DNA of 38,059 nt, from the NCBI GenBank assembly GCA_037440525.1, contig JBBITW010000009.1:1-38059 (forward strand). Direction: 5' to 3'. The translations under genes were made by a program, and so were the position numbers. The stretch is from Deltaproteobacteria bacterium. GTDB taxonomy: Bacteria; Desulfobacterota; BSN033; UBA1163. Below are positions 18,945 through 27,691 of this stretch, one piece after another (the first letter of the stretch is position 1; each line of letters begins with the position of its first letter). The notes beneath the pieces were generated by a model. The model was not told the DNA's origin, did not search any database, and worked only from the letters and a program-made list of their open reading frames with translations.

Positions 18945-20680
18945 CTTCCCTCCTCTTCGAGCAGGATTGCACCGCGAGGGCATTCTTCAAAACATATCCC
19001 ACAGCCTTTGCAATAATCGTAATCAATCTCGTAGAGGCCTTCCCTCTTCTTTACAGCAAGATCAGTACAGTAGATCCAGCAATTATCACATCCATTACAT
19101 ACCCCGCAATGGAAGCATCTGCCTGTCTCCTTATGCACCATTTCACTGTCTATGGTTTGGTATATCTCCTTAAATGTTTTCTTTCTCTCATCTGTAGGGA
19201 GTTTGGGAATCAAAATTCGGGCCTCATGTTCAAAATAGTCTGTGTTTAATTCCTTAAAAGAAATCACAGAAGAATTTGGCTTCCCTTCTCTTGGATTGAG
19301 ATATCTTTTTATTGAGATCGCCCCTTTATCTCCAACCTGAATCATTTGAAACTTATCCCTTAGCCAGCCTCCTTGGAGGTATTCGTGAATGGCCAGGGCT
19401 CCCTTCTTTCCAGAACCTATGGCCCCTGCTACAGAGCGGGAAGGATCTGCAACATCTCCCCCTGCGAAATATCCCCTTGGATGTACAAGGCCTGTTTCGT
19501 CCACTTGAATCAACCCTTTATTAATGGAGATCTCTCCTGGTAGAAAAGAGAGATCTGGGAATTCACCAATTGCAGTAATCACAGTATCTGTCGTTATGGA
19601 AAATTCAGTCCCAGTTATTGGAATTGGATTGATTGAACCATCAGGTTTTTGCTCACCCAATTTTACTCCAATGAAATCGATTCGCTTACTATTTTCTTCT
19701 TCCTTAATGATCCGGATTGGCATGGCTGATGTGATAATCTTTATGCCTTCTGCCTCTGCTTCTTCGATCTCTTCATGGAAGGCAGGCATCTCCTCACGAG
19801 ATTCCAAACATACCATCTGAATCTCTCTTGCCCCCAGTCTCCACGAAGAACGTGAGACATCAATAGCAACGTTTCCTCCTCCAATTACGAGGACTCTTTC
19901 CCCTGAAGAGATTCTATCACCATCGTTAATCCTCTTTAAAAATTCGAGGCCTGATATAACCCCTTTGAGATTTTCACCTTCGATATTTAGTTTTTTACTC
20001 TTATGTGCCCCTGTTGCTATGAATATGGCATGAAATCTATTCAGATCCTCTAAGGAGATGTCCATTCCTAAACGGGTATTCAATTTTATATCCACACCCA
20101 GAGACTCAATCTCTGAAATTTCACGATCGAGTATATTTTTGGGAAGTCTATATTCTGGGATTCCAACCCTTAAGATTCCTCCTGGAGAGGAATGGGATTC
20201 AAATATTGTAACCTTATAGCCCATCATGGTCAGGTGATAGGCACAGCTAAGCCCTGCAGGACCCGAACCAATTACCGCAACCCTCTCTTTTCTTTTATCC
20301 CTGATAGGTAATCTTTTCTTCTTATCGATTTTAAGATCTCCGATATAACGCTCTACTGCCTGGATGGAGAGTGGTTCATCGAATTCCCTTCGATTGCATG
20401 AAACCTCGCATGGGTGAAAACAGACCCGACCGCATACACCTGGTAATGGATTCTCCTCTTTTATCAATTCCACTGCCTCCTCGAATCTTCCCTCCTTCGC
20501 CAGTTTCATAAAGCCCTCAATATCATTTCCAGCAGGGCACGCCTCATTACATGGAGGTATTCTTGAGGTATATCTGGGCCTGAGATACCTCCACGTTCCT
20601 GTCTTATTCCAGAGCATTGTTCCAGAGGAGATTGAGATTGGAGGTATTTCTTGAAGTCTAATAAAAGTTACCTTTTCCAT
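18941..20680 (-). CDS. Fusion of POR delta-type ferredoxin with a GltD/SudA-like NAD(P)H-FAD oxidoreductase
   Basis: KTGTWRYLRP (delta N-terminus), PPCNEACPAG...CGRVCFHPCEVSC, GSGPAG and GGGNVA Rossmann motifs, FAGGD, C-terminal CNGCDNC..C and IDYDYCKGCGICFEECP. Confidence 0.88.
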   Translation of the reverse strand: MEKVTFIRLQEIPPISISSGTMLWNKTGTWRYLRPRYTSRIPPCNEACPAGNDIEGFMKLAKEGRFEEAVELIKEENPLPGVCGRVCFHPCEVSCNRREFDEPLSIQAVERYIGDLKIDKKKRLPIRDKRKERVAVIGSGPAGLSCAYHLTMMGYKVTIFESHSSPGGILRVGIPEYRLPKNILDREISEIESLGVDIKLNTRLGMDISLEDLNRFHAIFIATGAHKSKKLNIEGENLKGVISGLEFLKRINDGDRISSGERVLVIGGGNVAIDVSRSSWRLGAREIQMVCLESREEMPAFHEEIEEAEAEGIKIITSAMPIRIIKEEENSKRIDFIGVKLGEQKPDGSINPIPITGTEFSITTDTVITAIGEFPDLSFLPGEISINKGLIQVDETGLVHPRGYFAGGDVADPSRSVAGAIGSGKKGALAIHEYLQGGWLRDKFQMIQVGDKGAISIKRYLNPREGKPNSSVISFKELNTDYFEHEARILIPKLPTDERKKTFKEIYQTIDSEMVHKETGRCFHCGVCNGCDNCWIYCTDLAVKKREGLYEIDYDYCKGCGICFEECPRGAILLEEEGR

Positions 20681-20738
20681 AAATTATTTTAAGTTCTTAT
20701 CCAATCTCGTTGTCAAAATGGACGAGGATTTTGCTATA

Positions 20739-21293
20739 TCATATTACTCGATAAACCCTTGAGTATGCCTCAAGTGCTGCGGCTACATTTTCATCCTTTT
20801 TTTCGGGGACATTTTCTCTGATGGCCCTGATTATAGAACCTATTGTTACCATTCCTGTAATCTTTGAAAAGGCCCCGAGGATTGCTGTGTTTACACCAGG
20901 AGATGTTGGTGTTCCGAGTCTATGGGAGATGGCGATTGCACCTGCATCAACAATAGCCACTTTATATTTCAAAAAATTATTAAGCTCTATCTCTTTTGAG
21001 CTATTTATAAGAATCCAGCCTCCTTCTTTTAATCCTGCGGTAACATCTATACCCTCGAGTATTAATGTCCAGTCAAGAACGATTAAATGATCAGGTCGAT
21101 ATACATTGGTTCGAATCCTTATAAATTTATAATCCCATCTCGTAAAGGCTGTAACAGGTGCACCCCTTCGCTCAACACCAAAGGCAGGAAATGCCTGAAC
21201 ATACCTTCCGTCATAAAAGAGGGCAGTTGCAAGGACAGCCGAAGCGATAACAGCCCCCTGTCCCCCTCTTCCATGGATTCTAATCTCAATCAT
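20739..21293 (-). CDS. porC: 2-oxoacid:ferredoxin oxidoreductase gamma subunit
   Basis: EIRIHGRGGQG, FGVERRGAPV, NTAILGA motifs. Confidence 0.9.
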   Translation of the reverse strand: MIEIRIHGRGGQGAVIASAVLATALFYDGRYVQAFPAFGVERRGAPVTAFTRWDYKFIRIRTNVYRPDHLIVLDWTLILEGIDVTAGLKEGGWILINSSKEIELNNFLKYKVAIVDAGAIAISHRLGTPTSPGVNTAILGAFSKITGMVTIGSIIRAIRENVPEKKDENVAAALEAYSRVYRVI

Positions 21294-21321
21294 TTTATTC
21301 CTTTAAAATTCATTCAATCAA

Positions 21322-21960
21322 TTAAAAATCTGTATCAAGCATTTCTTCTTTCATTCTCTTAAGATGGCATGTCTCATTCATTAGGGTAAGGATATATCTT
21401 CCGTTTCGATAAAGGATCAGATTGATTGAAGCAGTGTCCTGTCTGATCTGCCAGAAGTGTGAGTTATCTATACCCAGGACACCACAGATAAGAACTTTGT
21501 TTATAACCCGGTGAGAGACAAGAACAATGTTTCCCTCTGAGTGGAGATTGGTAATTTCATTCAATGTGGCCATCGACCTTGCTCTAACATCATCCAGACC
21601 CTCTCCACCAGGAAGTTTAACCATGTGTGGAGATTCAATCCATTTTCGATAGATTTCAGGATCAATCTTTTGAATCTCCCTATGAGAATGTCCTTCCCAA
21701 TTTCCAAAACTCATATCTATGAGGCCGTTAAGGGGTTTAATATCGAGATGATGATACTTAGAAATGAATTGAGCAGTCTGGATTGCACGGGATAGTGGGC
21801 TTGAATAGATTGCAGAAATATCAATATCCCTGAGATATTCGCCCAGAAGTTCCGCCTGTCTTATACCAATCCCATCAAGTGGAATATCACTTCTACCACG
21901 AAAGATCTCTTCCTTATTCCAGGCCGTCTGCCCATGGCGAACAAGATAGATTGATATCAT
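21322..21960 (-). CDS. Histidine phosphatase family protein (GpmB/CobC-like)
   Basis: LVRHGQTAWN, SSPLSRAIQTA, FGNWEG, PGGE, LVSH. Confidence 0.9.
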   Translation of the reverse strand: MISIYLVRHGQTAWNKEEIFRGRSDIPLDGIGIRQAELLGEYLRDIDISAIYSSPLSRAIQTAQFISKYHHLDIKPLNGLIDMSFGNWEGHSHREIQKIDPEIYRKWIESPHMVKLPGGEGLDDVRARSMATLNEITNLHSEGNIVLVSHRVINKVLICGVLGIDNSHFWQIRQDTASINLILYRNGRYILTLMNETCHLKRMKEEMLDTDF

Positions 21961-21982
21961 TAATTTCCTTTCATTATGGTAA

Positions 21983-22987
21983 TCAATCAGAGATTCTTAA
22001 TACACCTGCACCCTGGATCTTGCCCTGTTTCAAGAGGATTAGGGCCCTATTTGCATCCTTTAATTCAAATTCAGTTACTTCAGGGATGATGGGGATTCTT
22101 GAGGCTAACGAGAGGAATTCCTCAACATCCTTCCTTGTAACGTTAGCAACACTCTTTATCTCCTTTTCATCCCATAGGAGCCTTGTATAATCAAGGGGAG
22201 GGATTGGATTTCTTTTTCTTATGACTGCCAAAACCAGTCTCCCGCCTTTTTCTAATAAACTTAATGCCAGAGGAACTGTCTCCCCAACTGGAGTGAAATC
22301 TATTGCAGAGTGAAGTTTTTCAGGAGGATTATCATCTGGATGACCTGTCCATTGCGCCCCCAGTAGTTTTGCAAGTTCTCTATGAGCTTCACTTCTTGAA
22401 AAGACATATACCCTGTAACCTAAATATCTTGCCATCTGGATGACGATGTGGGCGGATGCTCCAAAACCAAAGAGTCCCAGAATCTGATCCCTTTTTATTC
22501 CTGATAACCTTAAGTTTCGGTATCCTATTGCACCTGCACAGAGAAGGGGTGCGGCTTGAGTATCAGAGAATTGATCAGGAATAGGGTAGGCAAAGTCTTC
22601 TCTAACGGTTGTATATTGGGCATAACCCCCATTGGCATTACATCCCGTGGCCTTAAATTCCAGACAGAGGTTTTCTCTCCCTTCATCACAGAATTGACAT
22701 CTTCCGCAGGATGAATTGATCCAGGCAATTCCAACCCTCTCTTGAAGGTTAAATTTTTTGGCCATCGGACCTAATCCTTCTACAGTTCCAACAATTTGGT
22801 GTCCAGGAATGATAGGTAGATTGGGCTGAATCCTTCCTTCTATTTCATCGAGTTCTGTATGGCAAATCCCACAGGTAGAAACCTTTACTAAGATTTCTTT
22901 AGAACTGGGTTCAGGTATAGGTAAATCTACAAATCTTAAAGGTTCTCTCTCAACAGGAGAGATATTATCAAGTATCATTGCTTTCAT
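21983..22987 (-). CDS. Zinc-dependent alcohol dehydrogenase (AdhP-like)
   Basis: CGICHTE, PGHQ, CGRCQFC...C, AAPLLCAG, GFGASAH; start set to ATG 22987 (alternative TTG 23008). Confidence 0.9.
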   Translation of the reverse strand: MKAMILDNISPVEREPLRFVDLPIPEPSSKEILVKVSTCGICHTELDEIEGRIQPNLPIIPGHQIVGTVEGLGPMAKKFNLQERVGIAWINSSCGRCQFCDEGRENLCLEFKATGCNANGGYAQYTTVREDFAYPIPDQFSDTQAAPLLCAGAIGYRNLRLSGIKRDQILGLFGFGASAHIVIQMARYLGYRVYVFSRSEAHRELAKLLGAQWTGHPDDNPPEKLHSAIDFTPVGETVPLALSLLEKGGRLVLAVIRKRNPIPPLDYTRLLWDEKEIKSVANVTRKDVEEFLSLASRIPIIPEVTEFELKDANRALILLKQGKIQGAGVLRISD

Positions 22988-23027
22988 TTTCAGAATCTCT
23001 TTTCCCAATATTTCTGGTTCAATAATA

Positions 23028-23263
23028 TCTAAATTGAGCGATTCTAATCCGCCTGGGGTGGATCAGCCTTGGGCTGAATTGTCATTGCCAGATAAAGTCC
23101 CTACCTTTGATAGGCAGGGAAGCAATCTCAACCAGATTGTCATTCCGAGCGGAGCGAGGAATCTATAAGATTTCCATGTCCCCCACATCAAGTGCGGGGT
23201 GCTCGCAATTACTGATCCGCCTTAGGCGGAAAGGCTTTTGGTAAAAAAATCGTTCAATTTAAG
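23028..23263. mobile_element. Family A MITE-like element, copy A3 (236 bp), with several nested mini-hairpins
   Basis: TIRs TCTAAATTGAGCGATT / AATCGTTCAATTTAAG; flanks TAATA/CAATA; shares the GTCATTCCGAGCGGAGCGAGGAATCT module and the right end with A2 and A4. Confidence 0.85.
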
Positions 23264-23283
23264 CAATAATTTTTCGCCGTAGG

Positions 23284-24024
23284 TTATTTCATCTTTCGAA
23301 TTCTTATCTCAATCTCCTTGGTATCCTTCAGGAGATTTATGATTTTTGAAGTATCTGTCTCACCATAGTGATATGGATAGAGTATCTTCGGTTTAAAGGC
23401 TCGTGCTGCGTCAGCTACCATTTCAGGTGTCATAGTATATGGGAGGTTCATGGGTAAGAATGCGATATCTATTGCCTTGAGTTCTTTCATCTCGGGAATG
23501 TTTTCAGTATCCCCTGCTACGTAGACTCTTTTATCACCAAAGGTAATGATGTAACCATTGCCATTTCCTTTTGGATGGAATGGTTGTCCATTCTCTCTTT
23601 TATGGACGATATTATATGCCGGTACAGCCTCTATCTTCAATCCTCCGATAGTCTTTACATCTCCGTTTTTCATCACCAGGCCACCTTTCACCTGTTTTTC
23701 ACAGAGCTGGGTTAAGACCACCTGTGTCTTCTCTGTTCTAATAATCTTTATAGCATTCAGGTCAAGATGATCGATATGTTCATGTGTGAGAAGGATGATA
23801 TCAGCCTTTGGGAGTTTTGTATAATCAGCCAGTTTGGTCCAGGGGTCTACGTGAATTACTTTCCCACCGAATGTGAACATCAATGTTCCATGGCCTATGA
23901 ATGTAATCTTTAAATCCCCGGAAGAGGTATTGATGATATCGGTTTCAAAACCTTCCTGAGCCATTGCGGATAGGCCAAAAAAAACTACAGTTATAATATT
24001 TATCAATACCAATAAAAGATTCAT
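23284..24024 (-). CDS. MBL-fold metallo-hydrolase with probable signal peptide
   Basis: GHGT, VDP, THEHIDH, VAGDT, PYHYG motifs; AGGAGG RBS; hydrophobic N-terminus ending in AMA. Confidence 0.88.
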   Translation of the reverse strand: MNLLLVLINIITVVFFGLSAMAQEGFETDIINTSSGDLKITFIGHGTLMFTFGGKVIHVDPWTKLADYTKLPKADIILLTHEHIDHLDLNAIKIIRTEKTQVVLTQLCEKQVKGGLVMKNGDVKTIGGLKIEAVPAYNIVHKRENGQPFHPKGNGNGYIITFGDKRVYVAGDTENIPEMKELKAIDIAFLPMNLPYTMTPEMVADAARAFKPKILYPYHYGETDTSKIINLLKDTKEIEIRIRKMK

Positions 24025-24063
24025 ATGGCACCTCCTTAAAAATTGAATTTTTATAACAAATTA

Positions 24064-24092
24064 TATATATCGATTAACACCTCTGATGTCAA
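24064..24092 (-). promoter_or_regulatory. Putative sigma70 promoter of the MBL hydrolase (TTGACA-17bp-TATATA)
   Basis: Perfect -35 at 24092-24087, 17-bp spacer, -10-like hexamer at 24069-24064. Confidence 0.45.
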
Positions 24093-24111
24093 GCCCAGAT
24101 TGATGAGGGTT

Positions 24112-24201
24112 CGGCAAGCCACAAGGGCTTGCCCTACGAGAAATTAAATGAATCACAAACGTAGGGCAAGGGCTTGTCCCTTGCCGTATTTGGTTTCATT
24201 T
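24112..24201. repeat. Inverted pair of GTAG-type REPs (family D); the right unit lies in a 52-bp block duplicated at 32856-32907
   Basis: Minus-strand CGTAG-GGCAAGCC-CTTGT-GGCTTGCC-G (24138-24112) and plus-strand CGTAG-GGCAAGGG-CTTGT-CCCTTGCC-G (24160-24186). Confidence 0.85.
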
Positions 24202-25866
24202 ACTTCCTCTAATAATTCTTTCCAACGAATTCAAAATGAAGTAGTCGAGTATTCTCTTTGATGTCTTTTCTCTAATAAATGAGAAACCCTTATTTGAATC
24301 TCTTCTGAGACTGAAGAAGGCTTTCTCATTTAGAACCATTAATAGAAGTTTCATCCACGGGCTATCTTTTGTATGGATGCCCGAATTAGTATCTATCCTT
24401 ACTTTCTCCTTAAGAAACTGAATCAGTCCTTTAAGAGTAATTCCTTCCTCTATATCTCCACTATCTATTCTCCCTTTAATAAAATTTATGAGCCTTGATA
24501 AACGAAGAATTGTAATAAGATCGAGGCGAGTAAAATCTGATGTCTCTATTGGAAATGCAGTTGAGCGCCACTGGCTTGGAAAAGGGGGAAGGATGGCCTC
24601 CCTTTTACATCTCTCAAATAGAGGTGTTCCAGGAGCAGGGTAATAGATACTCGGTCCGAGAAGAACCCTTTTCCCCATCAGGTAGATTAATGTATCTACC
24701 ATCTCTTCAATTGTTTGACCTGGTATGCCTAATATGGCATATGCAATCACATTAAGACCTTCCTCTTCTGCATCGTCGAGGATATTGCCAAAATCTTCAT
24801 AAGGTCCTGGTCTTTTAAGCCTTTGTTTTGTTGATTCATAAACACTTACCAGGGAGAGATTTAATGTGCGAAATCCTGCCCTTTTCATCAAACTCATAAG
24901 TTCTTTATCCAGTGAGGCAAAAGATACTCCATTCATCGCAAATAGTTCAATTCTGTTTTCACCAAATGTTTTGATGATGAGGTTTAATATCTCCCTTGCC
25001 CTCTTTCTGTCGAATGTAAAATTGTCATCCTCGATATCAAAAGCCTTTATATCATAAAGACTATGACATTCAATCATCTCTCTTATTATATTTTCAGGAG
25101 AACGTGCTCTGAAGTAGGAACCCATGGTGAGATGGGTTGAACAGTATTCACATCCATGTGGACAACCCCTGCTTGTAATGATCATTGTGGATCGCTTCCC
25201 ATTTATTTTATATCTATCGAGATCGAGGAGGTCTATTGATGGATAAGGAATTGAATTTAAATCCTTGATAAAGCTCTCGAGTGGATTTATTCTTATATCT
25301 CCACTATTCCGGTATCCAACTCCATCCATCCCTTCAATCTCTTTCACTTTACCATTTTCAATCCTTTCTATAAGAAGGGGCAGTCGAAACTCTCCCTCCC
25401 CCATGATTACATAATCGACAGATGGATTCTTTAAAACCCCTTCAGGATCAGAGCTTACATGTGATCCTCCCATAATAACTATCTTTCCCTTATTCCACTG
25501 TTTAATGATTTTAGCTACCTTAAGAGCCTCCTGATGATATGGTGTAAAGTTTGAGGATATACCAAAAATATCCGCCTGTGAGGCCTCAATCATTTTTCTT
25601 ATCTCTTCCCATCCCATTCCAAAGTGATAATATCCACTGTAGAGTTTGAAAGGGCTAAGGTCATTATATGGATAGAAATCTTTTAGATAAGATAATTCAT
25701 AAGGAATGGGGGTATTCCTTTTCCTTCCTGCCTGACAATCAAGAATCTCTACATCATGTCCGGCAGTCTTTAATGATGAGGCAATATAGGCAAGCCCGAT
25801 TGGTTGTCGCCGTATTGGGGTCTGATAAAAATCCTCAACAGGTGGCTGTATCAGAAGGATTTTCAT
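24196..25866 (-). CDS. B12-binding domain radical SAM protein
   Basis: PIGLAYIAS, IMGGSH, VIMGEGE, TSRGCPHGCEYC (CxxxCxxC), DDNF, PAPGTPLF. Confidence 0.92.
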   Translation of the reverse strand: MKILLIQPPVEDFYQTPIRRQPIGLAYIASSLKTAGHDVEILDCQAGRKRNTPIPYELSYLKDFYPYNDLSPFKLYSGYYHFGMGWEEIRKMIEASQADIFGISSNFTPYHQEALKVAKIIKQWNKGKIVIMGGSHVSSDPEGVLKNPSVDYVIMGEGEFRLPLLIERIENGKVKEIEGMDGVGYRNSGDIRINPLESFIKDLNSIPYPSIDLLDLDRYKINGKRSTMIITSRGCPHGCEYCSTHLTMGSYFRARSPENIIREMIECHSLYDIKAFDIEDDNFTFDRKRAREILNLIIKTFGENRIELFAMNGVSFASLDKELMSLMKRAGFRTLNLSLVSVYESTKQRLKRPGPYEDFGNILDDAEEEGLNVIAYAILGIPGQTIEEMVDTLIYLMGKRVLLGPSIYYPAPGTPLFERCKREAILPPFPSQWRSTAFPIETSDFTRLDLITILRLSRLINFIKGRIDSGDIEEGITLKGLIQFLKEKVRIDTNSGIHTKDSPWMKLLLMVLNEKAFFSLRRDSNKGFSFIREKTSKRILDYFILNSLERIIRGSK

Positions 25867-25890
25867 GATATTGTAAAATGAAAAATTTAT

Positions 25891-26116
25891 TCTAAATCAA
25901 GCGATCCAAGATTGTCATTCCGAGCTGAGCAATCTCTTCCAAATTGTCATTCCTAACTTACAAAATTGTCATTCCGATCGAAGCGAGGAATCTATGAGAT
26001 TGCCACGTCGCTTCGCTCCTCGCAACGACTTCGTCGGATTGCCACGCCCTTCGGGCTCGCAATGACTGATCCGCCTTTGGCGGAAAGGATTTTAGTAAAA
26101 AATTGCACAATTTAAA
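25891..26116. mobile_element. Family A MITE-like element, copy A4 (226 bp), with degenerate TIRs and three ATTGTCATTCC starts
   Basis: TCTAAATCAAGCGATC / AATTGCACAATTTAAA ends; the 3' ~130 bp closely match A2. Confidence 0.8.
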
Positions 26117-26216
26117 TATAAATGAATTGATAAGATTTTTAAAGGGATTTAAATGGAGAAAGGTCTTAAAGAATCAGATTATTTATTACTCGGAGCAATT
26201 AAATCTTTACAATTAT

Positions 26217-26290
26217 CCCCCTCACCTCGGTTGCGAGTCGTACCGACTTCCCCTCTCCCCAATAAGTGTGGAGAGGGTTAGGGTGAGGGG
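26217..26290. repeat. Family C palindrome CCCCTCACC...CCCTCTCCCC / GGAGAGGG...GGGTGAGGGG with a 20-bp hairpin insert
   Basis: The arms match at 20 of 23 positions once 26227-26246 is removed; the arm plus insert recurs, reverse-complemented, at 32762-32806. Confidence 0.8.
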
Positions 26291-26495
26291 TTCAGACCGG
26301 CAGAAGTCATTTATTTTATGTTCTCATTAATAATTCATTCACTTTTGCAGAAAAAAGTTTGTCATTGCGGGATTTTAATGATCCTTTAATAAAGAAGAAT
26401 CATTATCACAAAAAAGGGGATTTTGAAAAACTCAATTGGTTTAGGTTATATTAAACTGGCTTTAGACTCTCAATTTCAAATCGAGGAGGAAAGGG

Positions 26496-27551
26496 ATGAT
26501 TCGTTTTAAAAAGATTGAGGAAAATGCCACACTTCTAAATCCACTTAAGGATTTTGAGCCTGAAAGTCAACTAATTGAGTATCGTGAGGATCCCCTGAGT
26601 GGTCTTACCTCATTTGTAAGGACAGGAAGGGCATTCTGGGCAAGAATCCAGAAGACTGACAGGGCATGGTTAGAAAGGTTTGTTGAAGAGACGAGGGAGA
26701 GATGTTTCTTCTGCCCGGATAAACTCGAAGCATCGACTCCAAGATTTCCGAAAGATTTTATCCCCGAGGGAAGGCTTACCCGTGGAGAGGCCACCATATT
26801 TCCAAACCTTTTTGCCCATAAAAAGTATTCTGCTATTATTGCAATGACGAAGAATCACTACCTGAACCTCAATGAGTTTACCCCGGATGTCTTTTTTAAT
26901 GCATTTAAATTAGCAGATTTCTATATTCGGCGTGCTCATGAATTAAGCGGGGTAGAACACGCTGAGATAGGAGTCAATTACCTTTATCCTGGTGGTGCCA
27001 GTATTGCTCATCCCCATCTTCAGGCCATTGCCTCTCACGCACCACACTATTTGATAAAGGTTTATATGGAAAAAGGAAGGGCCTATTATAAAAAATATTC
27101 TAAGAATTATTGGGAGGAATTGATTGTTAAGGAGAAAGAACTCGGTGAGAGGTATATTGGAAGAACAGGTTCTATACACTGGTTTACTCCATTTGCACCA
27201 ATAAGAGAGGATGAGGTGGATGGGGTTGTTGAGGGGAAGTCAAATTTCCTTGAGTTTGATGACGGCGACTGGGAAGGTCTTTCTCAGGGAGTAACGAGGG
27301 TTTTGAAGGCATATCACGATAAAGGTTTCTCTTCTTTCAACTTTGCAATTTATTCGGGACCTCTGGGTAAAAGAATTAAGTACCTCTGGGCAGGGATAAG
27401 GATTGTTTCACGCTCAAGTGTTCAGACATATCCAGTGAATGATACCTGGTATTCAAACTGTATCCTTCTCGATGGTTTTGTCGCTGAACCACCAGAGGAG
27501 ATTGCAAACTGGATACGCCCGTATTTTCAGACCCAGAAAGATTTACGGTAA
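26496..27551 (+). CDS. Galactose-1-phosphate uridylyltransferase-like (GalT/HIT) protein
   Basis: EYREDPLSG, CFFCP, FPNLF, GASIAHPHLQ (HxHxQ active site). Confidence 0.8.
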   Translation: MIRFKKIEENATLLNPLKDFEPESQLIEYREDPLSGLTSFVRTGRAFWARIQKTDRAWLERFVEETRERCFFCPDKLEASTPRFPKDFIPEGRLTRGEATIFPNLFAHKKYSAIIAMTKNHYLNLNEFTPDVFFNAFKLADFYIRRAHELSGVEHAEIGVNYLYPGGASIAHPHLQAIASHAPHYLIKVYMEKGRAYYKKYSKNYWEELIVKEKELGERYIGRTGSIHWFTPFAPIREDEVDGVVEGKSNFLEFDDGDWEGLSQGVTRVLKAYHDKGFSSFNFAIYSGPLGKRIKYLWAGIRIVSRSSVQTYPVNDTWYSNCILLDGFVAEPPEEIANWIRPYFQTQKDLR

Positions 27552-27691
27552 TGAAGCTAAAGCAGAAATTCGGTGATCTGGCAAGGGATGACAGATCTTT
27601 TAACTTTTTCACTTTTGGATCAAGATGGGTTGACCAGTTAAACTTATTGTGATAAATCTGTAAATATAGAGATTGAGGAGGAGGAAATAGA

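Noticed and set aside
13145-21293. Selenocysteine or other stop-codon recoding in the redox genes
   Set aside because: The ORFs are full length with Cys at the expected motifs; the TGA codons are ordinary terminal stops, some in ATGA overlaps
25911-26066. CRISPR-like reading of the repeated ATTGTCATTCC and GATTGCC units
   Set aside because: The units are few, irregularly spaced and partly inverted, the intervening sequences recur at other loci, and there are no cas genes
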